64,000 nt of DNA from Nitrospinales bacterium. GTDB taxonomy: Bacteria; Nitrospinota; Nitrospinia; Nitrospinales; VA-1. The stretch's first letter is position 1. The number at the start of each line of letters is the position of its first letter. Shown here piece after piece: positions 30,599 to 41,318 of the stretch. The stretch covers positions 448,001 through 512,000 of the forward strand of contig OZ253496.1 of NCBI GenBank assembly GCA_965262115.1, written 5' to 3'. The position numbers were made by a program, and so were the translations under genes. The notes beneath the pieces are model-generated. The model had not been told where the DNA came from, did no database searches, and saw only the letters and a program-made list of their open reading frames with translations.

Positions 30599-31788
30599 CG
30601 ATGTTCAGCTTTTTGCGAAAAGGTGGGATAAAGGGTCTGGTAGGCTTTCCCAAAAGCCTCCAGAAACTGGTCAATTTCTTCTGGGATGTTATTCCGGGAA
30701 AAAGAAATGCGCAAACTACAACGCGCCTGTTCTTCGCTCAACCCGATTCCCAAAAGAATCTTGGAAGGTTCCTTAGACTGGGCACTGCAGGCACTCCCCA
30801 GTCCGACAAAAATATCTTCTGCCTCCAGATGGTGGAGAATGACTTCTCCCTCGACAGGAGGAAAGGAAAAATTAACCATCCCCGGTGATTGGCGCGTGCT
30901 ATCTGCATCAACCAACGAGTTAAAACAAATCTTCAATTCCGGTAGCTGTTCCTGTAGATTTTTCAGTCCTTGAATTAAATGCCGGGAAAGACCTTGAAGA
31001 TGAGTTTGAGTTTGCTCGATTTGGGTCACGGCATGTTTGATGGCTGTTTCCAGTCCCATTATCAGCGGTAATGGAAGCGTACCGGAACGGACTCCGAATT
31101 GTTGCTTTCCTCCATGCATCTGCGGACTAAGAACCAGCTTTGAATCATAGATCAGCAGGCCAATGCCTTTTGGCCCATGAATTTTGTGACCCGAAATCGA
31201 ATAACCGCCGAGGCCCTTCCACATCTCCGGGTCCAACCTGAGCTTACCGACAGCCTGCACCCCGTCCAAAAATAATCTGGTTTGTGGAGATTTCTTTGCT
31301 AAAGCAGAAATGATTTCCAAGGGATCGTTCACCGTGCCCAACTCATTATTCACATGAGAGAGGCAGAGAAGTTTCACACGGTTTTCCTTAAAAGCAAATA
31401 TTGAACCCAAGTCGATCCGACCTTCCCTTTGAAAAGGAAGCAGAGAAAACGGCTTATTTCCAAACTGACTGAGGAATGCCAGACTCTCGGTAACGCTTGG
31501 GTGCTCCAGCCCCAGGAAAGCGGTTTTCTTATCGGGAAAACATAACCCCTTAATAAAAAGATTATTGGACTCTGTGCCCCCGCTGGTAAACAGAATACGA
31601 TGGGTTGAGGGTATCTGGAGAGTTTCCGCAATGGATTCCGCCGATTTTTCAATGAGGACTTTCGTATCCAGCCCTATTTTATAAGGCGTGCCACTATTCG
31701 CGAACAGATCGCGCATGGCTCCATGCATCCGTTCCAAAACTTCCGCATCCATAGGGGTGGTGGCGGCATTATCGAGATAAACCATCAC
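30595..31788 (-). CDS. Cysteine desulfurase (IscS/NifS family), probably ThiI-associated
   Basis: YLDNAATT, FTSGGTESNN, SGHKIHGPKG, GSACS. Confidence 0.92.
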   Translation of the reverse strand: MMVYLDNAATTPMDAEVLERMHGAMRDLFANSGTPYKIGLDTKVLIEKSAESIAETLQIPSTHRILFTSGGTESNNLFIKGLCFPDKKTAFLGLEHPSVTESLAFLSQFGNKPFSLLPFQREGRIDLGSIFAFKENRVKLLCLSHVNNELGTVNDPLEIISALAKKSPQTRLFLDGVQAVGKLRLDPEMWKGLGGYSISGHKIHGPKGIGLLIYDSKLVLSPQMHGGKQQFGVRSGTLPLPLIMGLETAIKHAVTQIEQTQTHLQGLSRHLIQGLKNLQEQLPELKICFNSLVDADSTRQSPGMVNFSFPPVEGEVILHHLEAEDIFVGLGSACSAQSKEPSKILLGIGLSEEQARCSLRISFSRNNIPEEIDQFLEAFGKAYQTLYPTFSQKAEHR

Positions 31789-31791
31789 ACT

Positions 31792-32349
31792 TTAAGGTTC
31801 ATAGGGTTTAAGAAGGTTCTGCTCCATTCCCAACTGATCCAGAATTCGAGCGACAACAAAATCTACCAGACTGTCAAAGCTATCTTGTCCCTGATAAAAC
31901 CCGGGCGATGCCGGCAGGATCATAGCCCCCGCCTGATCGAGGGTTAAAAGATTTTTCAGATGAATGGTGCTGAAAGGAGTTTCACGCGGAACAAGAATCA
32001 GTTTACGTTTTTCTTTTAACATGACATCCGCGACGCGTTCAATCAGGGTTCCTGACACCCCGGCGGAGATTCTTCCCACCGTCCCCATGCTTGCGGGCAC
32101 CACCACCATTGCATCAACACAAAAGGAACCACTGGCAATGGAACTATTCATGCGGGAAGTTTTGTGCAGAGTCACTTGTTCACCTGAAAAATAAGAAGGC
32201 GACAAGTCCAACTCCAGCTTCAAAAGTTCAGCGCCCCGCTCCGAGATGATCACATGAACTTCTGCATGGGATTTAATGCAATCAAATAGTCGCTTGCCGT
32301 AACAAACCCCGCTTGCTCCCGTTATTGCCAGTACAATTCGTTTCATCAT
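31792..32349 (-). CDS. ubiX: Flavin prenyltransferase
   Basis: ITGASG, IASGS, PASMGT, RVADVMLKE, VPRETP, PASPGFY. Confidence 0.95.
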   Translation of the reverse strand: MMKRIVLAITGASGVCYGKRLFDCIKSHAEVHVIISERGAELLKLELDLSPSYFSGEQVTLHKTSRMNSSIASGSFCVDAMVVVPASMGTVGRISAGVSGTLIERVADVMLKEKRKLILVPRETPFSTIHLKNLLTLDQAGAMILPASPGFYQGQDSFDSLVDFVVARILDQLGMEQNLLKPYEP

Positions 32350-32951
32350 TTGAAATCAAACAGGTCTCCGGTCTCAGCCAAAACAATTTTATGCACTTCG
32401 GCAACCGAGTCGACACTATCTATAAATCTTATATTTGGCCCCTCAAAACTTTTAAATATTTTCTGAACATTTTTCAAATAATCCAGTTTTTCAAAAGCAC
32501 TTTTCTGGTCGCGAGACGTTTCAATTCTCTCCAGACATGTCTCAGGAGAAGTCAAAAAGATTAAAACCCGATCAGGAATTGGCGCAAAGTTTTCATTTCC
32601 CAACTGAATCTGCTTAGGGTCCAGTCCTAAAGCACCCTGGTAAGCCGCCGTCGAGAAATAATACCGATCCATGAGCACTACCTTGTTATCCTGCAACGCT
32701 GGCATTATATTCATTTCAATGTCCTCCTTCCGATCATTGACAAACCAGCTCAATTCTTCCTCTGGACTAACGCCTTGCCTGCCTTCACTGAGAAGCCTGC
32801 GAATTTTCGTGCCCCATGTTCCCCGAGTGGGTTCGGCCAAAGCAATATTGGGCACCTGTCTTTCGTTCAAAGATTTTGCCAGCAGTTCACACTGAGTGCT
32901 TTTGCCTGTTCCGTCTATCCCTTCAAAAACAATTAGAATTCCCTGCTTCAA
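32346..32951 (-). CDS. tmk: Thymidylate kinase
   Basis: FEGIDGTGKSTQ, EP, DRYYFSTAAYQG. Confidence 0.95.
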   Translation of the reverse strand: MKQGILIVFEGIDGTGKSTQCELLAKSLNERQVPNIALAEPTRGTWGTKIRRLLSEGRQGVSPEEELSWFVNDRKEDIEMNIMPALQDNKVVLMDRYYFSTAAYQGALGLDPKQIQLGNENFAPIPDRVLIFLTSPETCLERIETSRDQKSAFEKLDYLKNVQKIFKSFEGPNIRFIDSVDSVAEVHKIVLAETGDLFDFK

Positions 32952-33163
32952 AACAATCCTTCCTGAAGAATTTAAACCACCCTCAGTCTATAAAAATCGA
33001 ATTATTAAAGATACCCTTACTGGGCAGAGGGCGCAATGTAATAAAATCGGATTTCAAGTTTTAAAGGAGAAAAGGTAGGCAAATGTAGAAGGGATTCTCG
33101 CGAGACAAGATATCAGGCTAATCCCGCAAGAATCCCATGGGGGGAATATACATTTTTGTTAAT

Positions 33164-33563
33164 TTAATACTTAAATTGGCCGACCAGGTTTTGCAGGTCC
33201 GCAGCCATTTTTTCCAGTTCCGTGGCCGCGCTATGAGTCTGGCCAATCCCTTGCGAAGTATCACTGGCCGCCTGGGCCACACCATTAATATTCTCAGTGA
33301 TTTCACTAGCGCCCTTTGCGGCTTGCAAAGTCTGTGTAAAAATATTTTTTGCAGTTTCATACTCGTTTGACGAAACATTCAACAACGCGGCCTTTCCCAT
33401 AGCTTGGATCAACACACGCTGACGACCCAAGGCATCCATGACTATTGAGTTTTCCGCAATTTTTGTGGAATAGTGGTCTATGGCTGCTCCAGCGATCACA
33501 ACAAGAACTGACAAGACGGCAATAGGCTCCATACACTTTCTGTTGAATGGTCAAGGTTTTCAT
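33164..33563 (-). pseudogene. Methyl-accepting chemotaxis protein remnant (frameshift plus large internal deletion)
   Basis: Start MKTLTIQQKVYG is out of frame with the TM helix. DALGRQRVLIQ (NarX/PilJ-like box) is joined almost directly to an MCP C-terminus (EITENINGVAQAA...ELEKMAADLQNLVGQFKY). Confidence 0.8.
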
Positions 33564-33959
33564 CCCTCCAACTCCATTGGCAATCGTTTGCGATTTTTAA
33601 CGAAAATTCATTTATGAAAGGGTCAGTTTTCCCAAAATTAATCAGAAGGAATGAGGGACAAATAAATTTTCCGTAATTTTAAATATTGTTTTGCTATAAG
33701 GATTGAGTTTTCTACCATTTAGAATATAAATCTGTCAACAGTTCTTAGCTAAATAGTTTGTTACAATCAGATTAAACCAACAGACTTTTACAATAAGTTT
33801 CCCAGAACCTATAATTCTGACTAAAATTTATTGATAGCGGAAATAATTGCAAGCAGTTGCTTTTTCCCTGCGATTTCAGGATAATAATTTCCAAGCATTT
33901 ATCAATCAATAGTAATTCTGCTTTTTCGTAAAGAATCAAAAAAGAGTGAGGTTTACCTG

Positions 33960-34493
33960 GTGAAAAAATTCTGGAAAGTCTTTGGATGGGTATTTTTAGG
34001 CATATTTTTGCAATTCAAGTTTAACGCCCTGTATGGAATCGTGTTTCTTGAGAACCTTAATTTTCATGACCGGACCTATTGGGTCGAAATGAACATGATT
34101 CCGACAGACGAGAACCTGCGGATATTAAAAGTCAAAACCACGGTTCATCATTCCCTCGGTCCAGACTATTTCGCCAATGTGTATATTCCCGAGCACTACA
34201 AAGTTTTGAACGAAACCCATTATGCCGGGGCGGACCCTCTTCCGGGTTATCAGGCCTATAAAATGAATATGAAACGCAAATATCGCGATGTTTTAGGGGA
34301 AAAACATTTTATAATTGCCCCCTTGAAATTGACTGAGGACATTCCAGCAAAACCAATAAAAGTTCATTTTGAAAATTTGAAGCAACGCCTGCATTCAGAT
34401 GAGACTTACCAAATCTCTACCCTAAAACTTAAAACTCTGCTGGAAGGACCTGAAGTGGCAGAAGCCACCTATCCCCAGAAAATTGGAATGTAG
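33960..34493 (+). CDS. Hypothetical membrane-anchored protein
   Basis: 177-aa ORF with RBS (gagg) and N-terminal hydrophobic segment; first gene of an apparent operon. Confidence 0.75.
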   Translation: MKKFWKVFGWVFLGIFLQFKFNALYGIVFLENLNFHDRTYWVEMNMIPTDENLRILKVKTTVHHSLGPDYFANVYIPEHYKVLNETHYAGADPLPGYQAYKMNMKRKYRDVLGEKHFIIAPLKLTEDIPAKPIKVHFENLKQRLHSDETYQISTLKLKTLLEGPEVAEATYPQKIGM

Positions 34494-34504
34494 AAAATCC
34501 GCCC

Positions 34505-35368
34505 ATGGCTCGCCGAACAAAAGAGTTTAAAGACTATTATTCCATTCTGAAAGTTTCCCAGGATTCCAGCCCGGAAGAAATGAAAAAATCATTTCGCCAA
34601 CTGGCTCTTGAGCTTCATCCGGACCACAACCCCAATGACCCGGAAAGCGAAGAGCGGTTCAAGGAAATCACGGAAGCCTATGGAGTGTTGAGCGATCCAT
34701 TAAAGAAAAAGGAATACGACCGGTTTCGGGCCGATCATTTTGCCGGACGCACCACGGGGTCTTCGGATTTTCGCTATTCCCAGGAGGATATTTTTGCCAG
34801 CATGTTCCGCGGCGAAAATGCCCGTGAAATTTTTGAAGAACTCAATCGCGAGTTCAGCCGCTCGGGATTTCGTTCCGGCAATCCGTTTTTCCAGTCCCTT
34901 TTCTTCGGCGGTGCCGTAGGTGGACTTGGGAGAATCCTCCGAATGGTACCGGGTCCGATTGGAAAAATCGGCTTGGGATTAAAGCTGGCTCAAGTTGTCG
35001 GTTCATCCTTGTACGCGCTACACAAAATGAGACAGCAGAATCAACCGGGGCAGACGGTTCCTCCAAAACATGAAAACCCTTTGATGAACGGGATAAAGGG
35101 TATGTTCGGAAAAAAAGAATCCGACAAAAATCCACTGGATATGGATTTTCACCTTTCCATCCCGCCTGTCGAAGCTCTAAACGGTACCCGCAAAAAAATT
35201 TCCTATCAGGTCAGCGGGAAAACCGAAGAGCTGATGATACGCATCCCGCCAAACTTTCCCTCAAGCGGAAAACTGCGCATTAGGGATAAAGGAAAAATCC
35301 ACGACGGAAAACGCGGTGATCTGATTCTTTCCATTCATGTTGATCCGAAAATAAGTCCCGCGAAATAA
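34505..35368 (+). CDS. DnaJ-domain protein (CbpA-like)
   Basis: DYYSIL, HPD, EAYGVLSD, DnaJ C-terminal domain (GKRGDLIL). Confidence 0.9.
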   Translation: MARRTKEFKDYYSILKVSQDSSPEEMKKSFRQLALELHPDHNPNDPESEERFKEITEAYGVLSDPLKKKEYDRFRADHFAGRTTGSSDFRYSQEDIFASMFRGENAREIFEELNREFSRSGFRSGNPFFQSLFFGGAVGGLGRILRMVPGPIGKIGLGLKLAQVVGSSLYALHKMRQQNQPGQTVPPKHENPLMNGIKGMFGKKESDKNPLDMDFHLSIPPVEALNGTRKKISYQVSGKTEELMIRIPPNFPSSGKLRIRDKGKIHDGKRGDLILSIHVDPKISPAK

Positions 35369-36063
35369 TGAACAAGCAACAAATCCTCGATTTCTGGATC
35401 GGATTTTTTAAAGATATCCTGATTGGCACTTTCAAAAACCTTTTTTTATTCGGCATTTTAGGCTTTTCACTCGGCGCTCTTGCAACCTATGGCTTTGACC
35501 TGAAGGTGATCGACATCGCCGAATGGAATGTTTGGCTGGAAGGAGCAATTCTAATATTGGTGGGAGTAGGTTATCTCAGTCTCGGTTTAATGCACGGTTG
35601 GATATCCTGCAGCCTGCATCTCCTCGGCAAAAAAATGCGTGAGGCGCTGACCGGACTCCAGGAACTACTGGACTGGCTAACGCGTGAGGTGATTGGACGT
35701 TTTCCAAAATTCCAGAAGAACATCCCCAAACATGAACTGGCAGAAAAGTACGACCAGATCGGAAATGACTTACGCCAGAAGCTGAAACAACGGGGAGGCA
35801 TAACAGGGTTTTCCTCCGGCATCCTGTTTGGAGTCATACTCAAAGCGTTACGCTTTTTTTTCCTGGATGAAGTGGTAGAAGAGCTTCAAAAAAAAGATAA
35901 AGAAGAGATCACGTCTGCCGATATCGAACACGCGGTTCGCAGAGTCGGAACGGAAGTCATGATCGCCCCTATCATCGACAACCTTTTCCTGTTGCAGACC
36001 GTCAATATTATTATCGGTTTGTTCTTTTTCGCCCTGCCCTTTAGTTTGCTCTGGATGATTTAA
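35368..36063 (+). CDS. Hypothetical membrane protein
   Basis: 231-aa ORF with several TM segments, translationally coupled to the DnaJ gene. Confidence 0.75.
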   Translation: MNKQQILDFWIGFFKDILIGTFKNLFLFGILGFSLGALATYGFDLKVIDIAEWNVWLEGAILILVGVGYLSLGLMHGWISCSLHLLGKKMREALTGLQELLDWLTREVIGRFPKFQKNIPKHELAEKYDQIGNDLRQKLKQRGGITGFSSGILFGVILKALRFFFLDEVVEELQKKDKEEITSADIEHAVRRVGTEVMIAPIIDNLFLLQTVNIIIGLFFFALPFSLLWMI

Positions 36064-36156
36064 AAGACTAAAAAAAATCAAATCTATTGCAAGCGGTCTG
36101 TATCTAAATACTTTATACTAAAATCTTTATTCATTAGAGACCCAAATAAATTGATT

Positions 36157-37020
36157 ATGAGTCGTTTTTTCACAACAGTAATTTTTATCATTGGCCTGCT
36201 CCATTTATTATCTTTTCCCAATAAATGCTGGGCCGACCCCATACCCGTTTTCGTAAGCATCTTGCCGCAAAAATACTTTGTCGAACGAATTGGCGGTGAC
36301 CATGTAAAGGTGGGAGTCATGGTGAAACCGAGTGAGAGTCCGGCCACTTTTAATCCCAACCCAAAAAAAATGACTCTGCTCTCCCATGCAAAACTGTATT
36401 TCAGCATCGGTGTGCCTTTTGAAACAATCTGGATTGATCGGGTCCGATCCATCCATCCGGATCTACAATTTGTTCCTTTGCACGATACTCATAGAAACCT
36501 AGAAACCAAGCATGACTCACATCATTCTCATGATTCCAGCGACCCACATATCTGGACTAGTCCGGCAAGAGTCAATATCATGGCACAAAAAATCAAGGAT
36601 ACTCTTGTCCGCATCCAACCGGAGCAGGAAAATTTATTTGAGGCAAATCTTCAGGCATTCTCCAAAGATCTGGACGCACTCGACGGGGATATTCGCGCTA
36701 TCCTCGCCAAAAACGAGAATCGCCGCTTCATGGTTTTTCATCCGGCTTGGTCCTATTTTGCCAAGGACTATGATCTGGAACAGGTTTCTATTGAAGAGGA
36801 AGGCAAAGAGCCTGGACCCCGAGCGTTGCAAAAAATAATTCAAAAGGGCAAAAGGCTTCGGATTAAGGTAATATTTGTGCAGAAGCAATTCAGTCTTTCC
36901 ATCGCCGAGAACATCGCCAAAATGATTGGCGCCACCGTCCGCGAAATGGACCCTCTGGCAGAGGACTACCTGGAAAACATGCGGCGAACGGCTAAAGCCA
37001 TTTCTGGAGCATTGCAGTGA
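36157..37020 (+). CDS. znuA: Zn/Mn ABC transporter substrate-binding protein
   Basis: His-rich loop, DPHIWTSP, FHPAWSYFA, DPLA. Confidence 0.9.
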   Translation: MSRFFTTVIFIIGLLHLLSFPNKCWADPIPVFVSILPQKYFVERIGGDHVKVGVMVKPSESPATFNPNPKKMTLLSHAKLYFSIGVPFETIWIDRVRSIHPDLQFVPLHDTHRNLETKHDSHHSHDSSDPHIWTSPARVNIMAQKIKDTLVRIQPEQENLFEANLQAFSKDLDALDGDIRAILAKNENRRFMVFHPAWSYFAKDYDLEQVSIEEEGKEPGPRALQKIIQKGKRLRIKVIFVQKQFSLSIAENIAKMIGATVREMDPLAEDYLENMRRTAKAISGALQ

Positions 37021-37763
37021 GTACCGACTCAGTCATCAAAATAAAAAATCTCGACTTCAGTTATGGCGGTCCGATAATACTTGAAAATATCGAGATAGAT
37101 ATCCAGCGTAACGAGTTCATCGGAATGGTTGGCCCGAACGGAAGTGGTAAAACCACCCTGCTGAAAATTATCATGGGTGTTTTGACTCCCGACAAGGGCA
37201 CCGTTAAAGTGCTCGGTAATCCCCCTTCCCAATCGGTTAAAGAAATCGGCTACATGCCGCAGTTCGCTTCATTTTCCCGAGATTTTCCGATCAGTGTGGA
37301 AGAAACCGTATTGATGGGGCGCTTGGGAAAAACTTCCAGCATTGGTTTTTTTAATAAGGCCGACAAACGTGCCGCCGAAAAAGCCATGAACGATGTCGAA
37401 ATTCTAGACCTTCGCAAAAGAGTTATCGGCTCTCTCTCTGGAGGGCAACTGCAAAGGGTTCTGATCGCCCGAGCCCTCACCTGCGAACCACAAATCATGA
37501 TTCTCGACGAACCCACTGCCAATGTCGATATGAAAGTTGAAAAAGATATCTTCGATTTGCTCAAGCAGTTGAATGAGAAAATTACCATCATCGTGGTGAC
37601 CCACGACATCGGTTTCATTTCGCAATACATTCACCGGGTGGCCTGCATCAATCGCACCCTCATCTGCCACCCCACTTCAGAACTAACCGGAGAAACGATT
37701 GAAAATATGTATGGCTCCCATATGCATATGGTGCACCACCATCACGAGGATGAAAAAAAATAA
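37017..37763 (+). CDS. znuC: Metal ABC transporter ATPase
   Basis: GPNGSGKTT, LSGGQLQR, LDEP, His-rich tail. Confidence 0.92.
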   Translation: MSTDSVIKIKNLDFSYGGPIILENIEIDIQRNEFIGMVGPNGSGKTTLLKIIMGVLTPDKGTVKVLGNPPSQSVKEIGYMPQFASFSRDFPISVEETVLMGRLGKTSSIGFFNKADKRAAEKAMNDVEILDLRKRVIGSLSGGQLQRVLIARALTCEPQIMILDEPTANVDMKVEKDIFDLLKQLNEKITIIVVTHDIGFISQYIHRVACINRTLICHPTSELTGETIENMYGSHMHMVHHHHEDEKK

Positions 37764-37765
37764 TC

Positions 37766-38587
37766 ATGAGTAGTTTTTTCGATGCAGTTTCATCCCAGGC
37801 ATTTATGCAGAACGCCATTGTTGGCGGCATTCTCGCCAGCGTGGCCTGCGGAGTGGTGGGCTCTTATGTTGTGGTGAAGCGCATCGGTTATCTGGCAGGC
37901 GGCATCTCTCATTCGGTGCTTGGCGGAATGGGTATCGCCTATTACCTGGGCCGACCTCCTATCGAAGGCGCTCTGGTCGCGGCCCTGGTTTTTTCTGTTG
38001 TTCTCGGCTGGGTGAGCCTCAAAATGCAAGAACAGGAAGATACTGTCATTGGCGCCCTGTGGGCAGGAGGCATGGCGGTCGGAATATTGTTCATCTCGCA
38101 AACACCCGGATACAACGTCGACCTCATGAGTTTTCTGTTCGGCAATATTTTGATGATCTCCTCCGATGACCTGCTCTGGATCGCCGCATTGGATACCCTG
38201 ATTCTGGTCATCGTTTTTCTATTCTATAAACAATTTCTGGCACTATCGTTCGATGAAGAGTTTGCCCGCCTGCGTGGCATTCCCGTTGAAAGATTTTATT
38301 TGCTCTTTCTTTCTCTCGTTGCGCTGACCGTCGTGATTTTGATTCAAATTGTCGGACTGATTCTAGTGATCGCATTGTTGACGCTTCCGGCGGCGGTCTC
38401 CGGTCATTATGTCCGTTCACTAAATCTGATGATGCTGTTGGCCACTGTTCTTGGAATCTTTTTCACCACCGGAGGACTGGCATTGTCTTATCAACCCGAT
38501 TTGCCACCTGGCCCCACCATCATTATGCTAGCCGTGGCCTTCTATCTGGTGTCTTTGGTCATCACTCGATTTTGGAAAAGGGCCTGA
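37766..38587 (+). CDS. znuB: Metal ABC transporter permease
   Basis: ISH, FLFGNIL, FDEEFA..G, VGLILVIALL..P. Confidence 0.92.
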   Translation: MSSFFDAVSSQAFMQNAIVGGILASVACGVVGSYVVVKRIGYLAGGISHSVLGGMGIAYYLGRPPIEGALVAALVFSVVLGWVSLKMQEQEDTVIGALWAGGMAVGILFISQTPGYNVDLMSFLFGNILMISSDDLLWIAALDTLILVIVFLFYKQFLALSFDEEFARLRGIPVERFYLLFLSLVALTVVILIQIVGLILVIALLTLPAAVSGHYVRSLNLMMLLATVLGIFFTTGGLALSYQPDLPPGPTIIMLAVAFYLVSLVITRFWKRA

Positions 38588-38588
38588 G

Positions 38589-39206
38589 ATGAGCGACGCC
38601 TGTTCTCAATTAGAAAAAGATCTCGCTTCCCCACACGGCCCCAAGCGCAGGATTCTCTGGATCGTTCTTGTTCTCAACCTCATTATGTTTTTTGTCGAAG
38701 GAATTTCCGGGTGGCTGGCACAATCCAACGCCTTGATGGCCGATGCCCTCGATATGCTGGGCGATGCCGCGATTTACGGATTTTCCCTTTTCGTCATTCA
38801 ACTCGCCCCCATTTGGAGAACCCGAGCCGAGATTCTCAAGGCTGTCATCATGAGCCTTTTTGCGTTCGGCGTATTGGGCTCCGCCATTTACCGGGTTTCC
38901 CATCAAGCAGTTCCCCTAGCCACAACAATGGGCATCGTCGGCACACTGGCCCTGGTCACAAACCTGTTCTGCGCTTATTTGCTTCTGCGATTCAGAGATG
39001 ACGATATTAATATGCGTTCGGCCTGGTTATGTTCGCGTAACGATGTGCTGGCTAATCTGGGAGTTTTACTAGCCGCCGGAGGGGTGGCATGGACAAGTTC
39101 CCATTGGCCCGACCTGGCTGTTGGGGTGATCATCTCTGGACTGATCCTGCAATCTTCCTTCGGCATTTTCAAAGATGCCCGACAAGAAATGAAAGAACAG
39201 CACTAG
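38589..39206 (+). CDS. Short cation diffusion facilitator (Co/Zn/Cd) transporter
   Basis: ALMADALDMLGDA, DDINMRSAWLCSRND, WPDLAVG. Confidence 0.88.
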   Translation: MSDACSQLEKDLASPHGPKRRILWIVLVLNLIMFFVEGISGWLAQSNALMADALDMLGDAAIYGFSLFVIQLAPIWRTRAEILKAVIMSLFAFGVLGSAIYRVSHQAVPLATTMGIVGTLALVTNLFCAYLLLRFRDDDINMRSAWLCSRNDVLANLGVLLAAGGVAWTSSHWPDLAVGVIISGLILQSSFGIFKDARQEMKEQH

Positions 39207-39319
39207 TGTGCGGACAGTGTGACGCTGGACTCAATAGCAATAACTTTTTTTCCACCTGCAAGCGTTCATAACGGGTTCACAAGGTATGGCAAATGCCTCT
39301 CACCTGCCTCAAGGGGGGT

Positions 39320-41095
39320 TTACGCTGGAGCGCCTAATCGTTCTGTCAGGGAATGGTGCTGATGGTGAGCGAGATAAAGCAGGCCATCGGACAGGGAATA
39401 ATTGTGTGGAAAGGTCATCACCTCTCGTCCCAGCTTTTCGATCAACTGCTGGTACAACTCATTAGTCTCCTCAGGAGTCATGCCTATCGTCGACTCAAAA
39501 GAATAACCCAGGCTCAAATCATGTTCGGGCGGAGTGTATAGTTTGGTGATGCCCCATTCCGCCGGAGCTTTTTCAATCGGCGCGCCCCGCTCCAGATCGA
39601 ACTGGGAAAGGATGGCGGAAAAACCGGGGGAATCCAGCAGGCGCTGGTTATTGAGGATAAAGTTGATTGAGTCCATCACCTCCTCGCGGGTTTCGGTCGG
39701 GAATCCGCAAATCAGGTAAAAGTGCATGGCGATCCCTAATTGCATGCATCGTTCTGCAGTTTCATCCACCCAACTCAACTCAACACCTTTCTTCATCGAA
39801 TCCAAAACCCGCTGGTTGTAAGACTCCAACCCAAAAATAAGTTTGCGGCAACCGGATTTATATAGCAGGTCCATTCTGTCGTCTTTGAGCAAGCTTTTCT
39901 CGAACTTGAGTTCGCCCGTCCACTGAACATCCACCTTCTGCTCGATAATCTTGGCAGCAAAGGTTCGGAGAAAATTGATCGGTAGAGCTTCATCGGTGAA
40001 GAAGAAATGATTGCAGTCATATTTTTCCTGCAAAGTTTTAAAATCGTTGACCACATTCTCGGCGTACCGCACATGGAAAGTCATGTGATCGAAAGGAATG
40101 GAACAAAACGCACATTGCTCCCAATAACACCCGCGGGAACCCATCACTGGTAAAACCAGTTCCGGCGAAAGATAAAGGTCCAGAGGCAGACCGTCAAAGT
40201 CTGGGGTCGGCAAGGCATTCAGCTCTTCCTTGGCAAACGGCCGGTTTACTTTCACTTGACCGTCCTGCTTGTATATCAGATTGGGGACTTTACTGAGATC
40301 GCCGTCTCCGCGCAGGTGCTCAACCAGCTTCAGAAGCGGTGTCTCGCCTTCATGCACAATAAAGCTGTCAACAAAATCAAAAAGGTGCGAACCGTCCTTT
40401 TCCAAACGATCCACCAGTTTGGTGAACACGCTTCCGCCAATGGTGATATGGATTTCGGGGCGGTTCTGTTTGACCAGATAAGCCAGGGTCAGGCCGGAAA
40501 TGATTTGCTCCACCGAGGTGATGGAGATGCCAAAAATGTCAATGTCTTCATGGAGAATTCCCGGCAGATACCATTTCTCGTAGAGGTCGTAGAAAAAATT
40601 TTCTTCCGGGTGATTGAAAGAGTCGATCACCTCTTTAGAGGAGTACGGGGAAAACCGCATCTGACTGCCGATGACGGTCAACTGCGACGGATAATAAGGC
40701 GCGAGAATATTATCCAGCCAGACATCCATGATCTTGAGATTTTCCATATACTGGTCGATCTCATAGAACTCCTGACTGCGTTGCGAGGCCACGGCAGAGT
40801 CGATCTGGTCTTTCAAGGCCATGACGATCTCTTCCGCTTCGCGGAGTTTGTTGAACTTTTCCGCTTCCTCCTGCGTCAGTCTGGGCTTGGCACTCAGTTC
40901 ATTCAACTCACGAATGATGCGCTCGTAAAGCGGTTTGGTTTTCTCCCAAGTACACAAGTCATTGAGCAACTCAATCGCCAGATCATGCTGGACGACATCG
41001 TGCACCCCATGCATATTGAGAAACGCCTTAAGGCTGGGCAAGCTCAAATAGGGTTGCGATGGATGCCAGGATGTTGGGAAAACCAGATAAATCAT
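39320..41095 (-). CDS. B12-binding-domain radical SAM protein
   Basis: PYLSLPSL, GISI, GG, EGE.PL, SRGCYWEQCAFC, GLES, GFPTET. Confidence 0.9.
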   Translation of the reverse strand: MIYLVFPTSWHPSQPYLSLPSLKAFLNMHGVHDVVQHDLAIELLNDLCTWEKTKPLYERIIRELNELSAKPRLTQEEAEKFNKLREAEEIVMALKDQIDSAVASQRSQEFYEIDQYMENLKIMDVWLDNILAPYYPSQLTVIGSQMRFSPYSSKEVIDSFNHPEENFFYDLYEKWYLPGILHEDIDIFGISITSVEQIISGLTLAYLVKQNRPEIHITIGGSVFTKLVDRLEKDGSHLFDFVDSFIVHEGETPLLKLVEHLRGDGDLSKVPNLIYKQDGQVKVNRPFAKEELNALPTPDFDGLPLDLYLSPELVLPVMGSRGCYWEQCAFCSIPFDHMTFHVRYAENVVNDFKTLQEKYDCNHFFFTDEALPINFLRTFAAKIIEQKVDVQWTGELKFEKSLLKDDRMDLLYKSGCRKLIFGLESYNQRVLDSMKKGVELSWVDETAERCMQLGIAMHFYLICGFPTETREEVMDSINFILNNQRLLDSPGFSAILSQFDLERGAPIEKAPAEWGITKLYTPPEHDLSLGYSFESTIGMTPEETNELYQQLIEKLGREVMTFPHNYSLSDGLLYLAHHQHHSLTERLGAPA

Positions 41096-41177
41096 TTTAA
41101 TAGAAACCTAACGCTATTTTAATTTGGGCAACATATAGTTCTTTTTGAACTTGCCGGAATATGAAAAACTACTCTAT

Positions 41178-41259
41178 TCGTCATCGCGAGCGACCAAAGG
41201 GAGCGCGGCGATCCAGAAATCTGGATTGCTTCGTTGCTACTAGCTCCTCGCAATGACGA
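41178..41259. repeat. Palindromic REP/RPE-like element
   Basis: tcgtcatcgcgag...gcgatccag-aaat-ctggattgc...ctcgcaatgacga hairpin; related partial copies at 45818-45893. Confidence 0.75.
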
Positions 41260-41318
41260 GTCAAGCCGAGACAATTCTTTGCTCGCCAAATAAAGCGATT
41301 GCACATAGCCACCGACGG

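Noticed and set aside
36084..36112. Possible Zur/Fur box upstream of znuA
   Set aside because: Only weak dyad symmetry; cannot support by eye
40256..41122. 288-aa plus-strand ORF
   Set aside because: Antisense shadow of the radical SAM gene; no recognisable motifs
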